NCBI RefSeq assembly: GCF_009914755.1
Contig: NC_060925.1
Strand: one strand, 5' to 3'
Length of the DNA: 64,000 nucleotides
Origin: the human T2T-CHM13v2.0 reference genome, Homo sapiens
In this document: positions 55,782-64,000 of the stretch, piece after piece
How the letters are laid out: every line of letters begins with the position of its first letter
Position numbering within the stretch: the stretch's first letter is position 1
Program-made: the position numbers and the translations under genes
The notes under the pieces: generated by a model
Told to the model about the DNA's origin: nothing
Seen by the model: only the letters and a program-made list of their open reading frames with translations
Database searches by the model: none

Positions 55782-55794
55782 CAGATCAGTTTGA

Positions 55795-56075
55795 AGTGAG
55801 ATCTTTACCAGGTCACCACATTTAAAAGAGCTACCTTCCCCTCCTCAACTCTCACCAGCATTTCCTAGCACCCTTCTTTGTTTTATTTTTCTATATGACA
55901 TTTATCATCATTTCCATATCATATATTTTACTTTTTAAATTCTCTTACCTTTCTCCCTTTGGAATGTAAATTCCATGAGGGCAGGGATTTTTGTCTGTTT
56001 TCTTCTATATCCTCAGCACCTGGAATATTTTCTGGCATATAGTAGGTCATCAATAAACACTTATTGAATGAATAA
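55795..56075 (+). mobile_element. L2 3' end
   Basis: gaatgtaaattccatgagggcaggga...tggcatatagtaggtcatcaataaacacttattgaatgaat. Confidence 0.75.
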
Positions 56076-56329
56076 TTCATATAACATCCTCAGCACAATA
56101 CCAAGTATGTGATCCTGTTAACAATTATTTATTTTCTTTTCAAAGCCCTGACAAAGGTGGCATTGTCCTGATGCTTTGGGAGGACCAGTGTAAAACTAGT
56201 TGTTTGGTTTTTCATCTCTGCTCCGACTTTCCTCACATGGAGGTCCTCTCAGGCTTAAGCCAGGTAGACCAGCAGCTGAGCTAGCCTGAAGGCAGTCTCT
56301 GAAGTCTGGGCAAACTGTCCTGGCTTGGC

Positions 56330-57298
56330 TTTCTCAAATGAAAAACAAACAAACAACAACAACAAACCCTTTTCTCTATTCACACTTCTGATGCCAAATG
56401 TGTGGGTCATACTGAGCAATTCTCCAATTCTCTGGGGACACCAACTGGGTGCTGGATGTCCACTTTACTTCAATTATGACACTGGTTAGCTTGTGCTGAC
56501 AGTTAACACAAGCCCCACAGATTAAGGACTCAGTCCCACAAGACTGCCCCCACTTCATTTGCCAATTGCAAGTAGTGGGTCTCCAGGTGACCCATAACTT
56601 CCGGCTTGCCTACAGATCAGGGGCTCTCACAATCCCCTAAGCTTTCATAATTTTCTGCAGTGGCTCACAGAACTCAGAAACATTCTACCATTACTAGTTT
56701 ATTACAAAGGAGAGTATAAGGAATACAAATGAGCACACAGACAATGCAGTACCTGGAGGGAGGTCCAAAAGGGTACCAAGTACAGGAGCTTCTGTCCCCA
56801 TGGAGTTGGGGTGCACCACCCTCCCAACACGTGAATGTGTCCACCAACCCAGGAGCTCTCTGAACCCCGTTGTTTAGGGTTTTTATGGGGGGTTCATTGT
56901 GTAGATATGGTTGGTTCAATCACTGGCTGTTAGTGATTGACTCACTCTCCAGCCCCTCTCCCCTCCCAGGAAGTTGAGGTGGGGAATGGGGAAGGGAGAT
57001 ATGGCTGAAAGTTCTAACCCTGTCATCAAGGCTTGGTCTTTCAGGTGACCAGCCCTCATCCTGAAGCTGGCTAGGGACCCCAGGTACTAGTCATCTCATT
57101 AGCATAAAAAAGACAGTCATCACTCTGGAGATTCCAAGGTTCTTAAAAGCTCTTGTGCCAGGGAACAGAGAATAAGACCAAATATAACAAATGGTGCTCC
57201 TCTTACTCCTATCATTCAGGAAATGATGAGGGTTTTAAGACCCATGTGTCAGGAACTGGGGTAAAAGACCAAATATATATTTTTTATTATGTCAGACA
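56330..57298 (-). mobile_element. MER21-family LTR
   Basis: ctcagtcccacaagactgcccccacttca, ggagcttctgtccccatggagttggggtgcaccaccctccc, accaaatatatattttttattat. Confidence 0.78.
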
Positions 57299-57857
57299 GC
57301 TATAGGCAGATGATTCAAGGGGCACAGTTATACCTCTAATGCCTTTGTGCAAATTATAAAAAGGTGGCTCCTTCAGGCCCATGGATTGGGAAAAAAGCTT
57401 TTATTCCTCTGGGCTGAAACATCTCTGAGACTGGGGAGAAAGGCAGGGCTATAATTCAGCCCACTGTCTTCCCTCCCCCTCGGCTGGACACTTTAGTGCA
57501 GTACAGAGACGGCACAGCTGTACCTGGGGCTATGGGAGAAAGTGGTACTGGGGGCCAGGGATATGTGGAAGACCAAGTGCCTCACCCTTACTATGCTCAC
57601 CCCAAGGATGAGACTCTTTTTCTTTCCAACTGCAGTTTAATTGTTGTAGGGTCTCCTCAGGATGATGCTCACCTCTTGATCCTTCTCCACCGTGCCTTGC
57701 CCTGTTCCAGGCCTGTGGTATCAATACTTAAACTGAGCTGACCTAGGAAGAATGCCTTTCTTGGGTGTAAAGATTGAGCAAGCAATGGACAGAGCCATTT
57801 GAGGAGGGGCAATGTGTTGTCATGGAAAGGCCACACATCCTGGAATCAACTGACCTG

Positions 57858-58203
57858 GTATGGTGGCTTGATGGGTGTCAACTTGATGAGGCTGAACTGC
57901 ATTTCCCAGAATTCCCTTTGCTGCGTGTTTCCCATTAGTGTGGACCACAGGAGATATTGTGTGAAAGTTGGAGGGAAGTAGTGAAGCCACAACCATTAAG
58001 TAGCTCACACATGTCTATGTTGGCATGAATCTGCTGGCTCATTTGCTGGGTCCTCCAAACACATGGATGTTTTTGCCTTCCCAGAGCTCTCCACTGTGAG
58101 AGCACTTGCTGTTGTGCACCGGCCCCACCTCCTAATACTCCACCTTGGGATTAGGATTTCAATACATGAATTTGGGAGAGACATAAACATTCAGTCCATC
58201 GCA
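57858..58203. mobile_element. MLT2-like LTR fragment plus MST/MLT1A terminus
   Basis: tgtcaacttgatgaggctg start; ggccccacctcctaatac...aaacattcagtccatcgca end. Confidence 0.5.
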
Positions 58204-59570
58204 AATCTCTTGCACTCTTAGCAGACAGCTAAATAAACCAACCCTGTCCCTGTCCATTGATCTTCTTCTCCCAGTTAAAATACCAGCATTTTCTCAGGAT
58301 ATTTGAAAGCTAGTGCTTTTACTCAAAGAAAGAGTATGGGTAGAACCTGTAGGCACCTTACTAGGCTAGTTGGGGAGGTATTTTGGGGTGGTTCTCTCCC
58401 AATCCTACCATGAGCAGCATCATATACTTTATTTGGATTGATAATAAAGGTGATTATTTGTGACCTTATTAACAGGGAATATAAATGCCTCAGAGAAGGC
58501 TTCCACTGTTTAAAACTATTTTCCAATTTTATGAGTTTTCTGGAATATGAGGTTATTCAGAGAAGGAGCCCTCTTGCAACTCCCTGGCATCTTACCCTCA
58601 GTTCCATCTGCATTTTCCACTCTCAACATCCACGCATAAACAGCCAGCATCCAGCCACTCTCTCCCCTTTTATCCTGCTGTGTTGTCACCCTGTCCTCCC
58701 TCTGTCTTGTCAAAAATGAGCAAAGGCATATTAGCCACCCTGGGACGGCTTGACACGGAAAAGGTGTCCTTTCAAAATCTCAGAATGTCACGATGAACTA
58801 GTTGAGAAAACAGTATGATGGACTGTACTGGCTTCTCCAAAGTCAGCCCCTGTGGAAAAATATTGAACATTTGACTCATTCACTGACATTTGGGACAGTT
58901 AAATGGGAGAGGAAAAAAAAGAAAGGAATGAATAAATTGCTTCTTTTTCCTCCATAGGTATCTGATTCAGGCGCCAAAGCTTATGAATCTTGGAATATAG
59001 TCAGCTACAATCATGGGTTATTCTCCAAATGAAGAGTCCAAACACTGGCAAAATAAAAAGCACATTTGGTCCATCACATTCCTAACTATAATGGATGCTG
59101 AGAAATGGATGCACTGTAACAACCCGCAAGTTTCCTGGTACTGCTGCTGTCATTGCAAAACCATTGCAAAGTATCCATCTCTTGCCTCTGCCAGAAAAAG
59201 CCAGCCGTTAACAGAAACTAAACCCAAGGTCACTTACTTTCACATAAAGAGAATATTTTGGCAGCTGCCAAAATTCATTTTTCTAATGTGCACTTACCCA
59301 ATAACTTAAGCTTGGCATCCTGGGCGGAATCCAACTTGGGTAATTCCATTTTCACAACCGAATTCCCCCAAGGAGTTTGAGCTGAACATCACATTATTCT
59401 TCACTTCTCCAGCTATCCTCTCAGTAATCAAACGAGTGCTTTTCATCCCTGAAGCGTCATGGAAATATAGGGGTGGGGGTTCAAAAAAGGGTTTCTTCTT
59501 AAGAATATAGTGATGAGAGGTTCCGTTATACGAACTTAGTAAAGTCCTTTGGAAGTCAAGACTGGTTTCA

Positions 59571-59886
59571 TTTTTTTAATTATTATTTATTTATTTATTT
59601 TTTGAGATAGAGTCTCACTCTGTCACCCAGGCTAGAGTTCAGCGGCGCAATCTTGGCTCACTGCAACCTCTGCTTCCTGGGTTAAAGTGATTCTCCTGCC
59701 TCAGCCTCCTGAGTAGCTGAGATTACAGGTGTGTGCCACCACACCTGGCTAATTTTTTGTATTTTAGTAGAGATGGGGTTTCACCACGATGGCCAGGCTG
59801 GTCTCAAACTCCTGGCCTCAAGTGATCCACCTGCCTCAGCCTTCCAAAATGCTGGGATTACAGGCATGAGTCACTGCGCCCAGCCT
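59571..59886 (-). mobile_element. AluS
   Basis: Reverse Alu with (TTTA)n tail; TSD tggtttcattt. Confidence 0.9.
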
Positions 59887-60637
59887 GGTTTCATTTATTT
59901 AACCAACAGGTATTGAGGTTTGTGCCAAGTGCTGGTCTCAATATTGCAGGTGCAGCAGGACATAAGAAAAGGTTTCTGCCCTCAAGAAGTAAATATTAGA
60001 ATAAGTATATGAAATAGGGCTGGAGAGAGACACAGGAATCAGACCATTAAGGCCATGATATGGAGTTTGGATATTATTATAAGTACAGTTGGAGAGTATT
60101 AGTGGAGTGATGATCAGATTCAGGGTTTTTAATAAGATCACTGTGAAGAGGAAGAGCCATTGTACAGGATACCTGTGGAACCAGGGTCTTAACCTTCTGT
60201 TGTTTTCCATTGGAATCTAACCATTCTAGGAGTCAACACAGCTATGGCCAGATTTTCCTCCTTGCCATTCTTCAAACAGCCTTGGATTCTCGGTAACTCA
60301 AGAACCAAAGAGTCCAAAGCCATGGTTTGACCACATGGATCATCAGCACCGCTCCACGACTGATGCTGCTTTCCCTTCTTCTCTAGCCAGCTGTACTTCG
60401 TGAGCTCCCTTTGGTCATTCAGGACACCAGAAACAAATAAACTAAGAAGCATTAGTTCATCTCCATGAGCTGCTCCAAGAGCTTTAAAAGTAGGTCAGTT
60501 GCAAAGTCCAGGAGCAGAAGTATGTGTACATATATGAGACTTATTAAATGGTGGCATTCTGGGAAGAGCATCACCACTGATAAAGAATCATTGAAACTTT
60601 CTATTTCTGTGAACAGTGGTAAATATAAATCTTAAAA

Positions 60638-62110
60638 TCATAGAATCTGAGAGTGGTAGAGGACTTCAGTGATCATCAAGTCCAACCTCCCACCCAAGGT
60701 AGGATTATTCTATGTGGCCCTGACAGGGAGTCTAATGTCCTATATCCCTCCCATATCACATAAAAACATCAGAGGAGTCAGTTTAAATGCACACTGTTCT
60801 GTTGGCTAGGGAAGGCCATCGACTGTGACATCTATTGCCCAAAGTTGCAGTCTGAAGGGCCAAATAGCAGATAGAAAAAGTTATGTCTTAAAGAGGGGTA
60901 AAGGTCACAACCTAGAAGGAGAACACCAAATAAGCTTGTCAATCTCAGCACCAAGTTGGAAGAAGGTTATCAAGTATACAGAGCCAGAAAAAGAAGATAC
61001 CCAAGATGCTGATGGGTGACAAATATGGACTAAGTGGATTGGAGGTGAGCACATTTGGAGGGATTTCTGCAGGTTCTCATGATAAATTGTTTATGTAGTT
61101 CTCACACAGATTTATATAATTGTGCCAGGTACTTTTGGAGGATCTAGAAGGGAACTTCTGTCTTGCTTCTGCTAAATGATCCCTGTCTCACACGGTAGCC
61201 CATTCCATCATTAGGAAGTGCCGACAATCAGAATATTCTCCACACCCTCTTCCCTCTGGCCATAGATCTGTTCTTGAGTGACACGCAGAGCAAATCTAAA
61301 TTTCTTTTTCTCATGATGACCTTTCAAATAATTAAAGCAGATCCTATGTTCCCGTTCAATATTTCCTGCTCTAGGCTACATCTCCCCTGATTCCTTCAAC
61401 TGTTCTCAGATGATGTAATTTTGTAGCTTCCAAACTTTCAAGTTGGAAAGGGCCTCAGAAATTCAAGTACAGATCTCCCTCTTTGCCCGGGAGGAAGATA
61501 AGGTTTAGAGAGAAGAAATGCAGCTTTGGGTAGAGGTGGGGAGTAGATTTTGCCCAATGTCATCTGGAAGTGGCAATTTCAAAACTTAAACCTGAATCTC
61601 TTCATCTGAAGTCTAGTGTTTTCCCCATGTCTTTCAACAAACCTCAGGATCCTACTCACTTTCCTCTGGATTCATTCCAGCTTCTCAGTCTTCTTCTTTA
61701 AAGGGAGCCCCTTTTGTTGAACCCACCAGCAGATGTGCTCTAGCCAACCAAGAGAACAAGGGGATTGTTATCGATTTTATTGTAAACTTCATACATCCAT
61801 TAATGCTGCTATGATTACTTTAGATTTCTTTGGCAGGCCCTGGGATTCATACTGAGCATGTGGTTAACTAAAACCATTTGTTTTGTGTGGTTTTCTTTTA
61901 CTTGAAATGTGTCAAGGAAGGTATTTTCCACCTTGTACTAAAATAGTTCATTTTTAATTTAACAAAAGTGTAGGACTTTATATTTAATCTTCCTAAATAT
62001 CTCTTTGTTAATTTAGTATATCTTTCCACCCGGTTGAGATATTTTTGAATTTTAATTCTATCAAACATATTAACTAACCATCCATGTTTTATGATATACA
62101 TAGATTCAAT
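60638..62110 (-). mobile_element. L3/CR1 fragments with interleaved MIR
   Basis: catagaatc...gatcatcaagtccaacc start; ttccttcaactgttctca; aagtgtaggactttatattta. Confidence 0.5.
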
Positions 62111-62117
62111 AAGCACA

Positions 62118-62258
62118 CTGTGGCAAAGACAATTCTTGCCAAATATGCCATGTACTCCCTTGCTTTACCCAAACGCTGTTGCAATTGGGTTGGAGCCATG
62201 TGACTTCCTCCAGCCAATGGATGGTGAGTAAAGGTGATGTCATTTCTGGGCCAAGGTA
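62118..62258 (+). mobile_element. MLT1-type LTR 5' part, interrupted by the L1
   Basis: gccatgtgact...gccaatggatg...gtgatgtcatttctgggccaagg. Confidence 0.55.

Positions 62259-64000
<1,742 letters not shown>

Overview
This is human genomic DNA, as shown by a diagnostic AluYb8 and AluYa5. It carries the whole coding sequence of LRRC8C (a VRAC/VSOAC volume-regulated anion channel subunit) on the + strand. A 142-nt start-codon exon (1706-1847) is followed by a 26.1-kb phase-0 intron and a giant last exon (CDS 27941-30214). The spliced ORF is 46+757 = 803 aa, and a ~4.5-kb 3'UTR ends near an AATAAA at 34740. The promoter and first exon lie outside the window. The remaining ~29 kb is repeat-rich intergenic DNA (Alu, L1, L2, L3, MIR, MaLR/ERVL LTRs, Tigger/MER/MADE1 DNA elements) ending in an L1PA2-like element cut by the window edge. 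I found no new protein-coding gene or novel multi-gene system; the other ORFs are Alu/L1-derived, antisense shadows or chance. The best observations are structural: (1) a 50-bp inverted templated insertion inside a Tigger3b, copied from 1.3 kb away; (2) a ~450-bp non-tandem local duplication; (3) an L1 that reused an Alu's target site and carries a short 3' transduction tag; (4) a young AluYb8 that forms an inverted Alu pair around the start-codon exon; (5) candidate poison exons in the intron; (6) an intact intronic MADE1 hairpin. Repeat subfamily names come from remembered consensus features, not from a database search.
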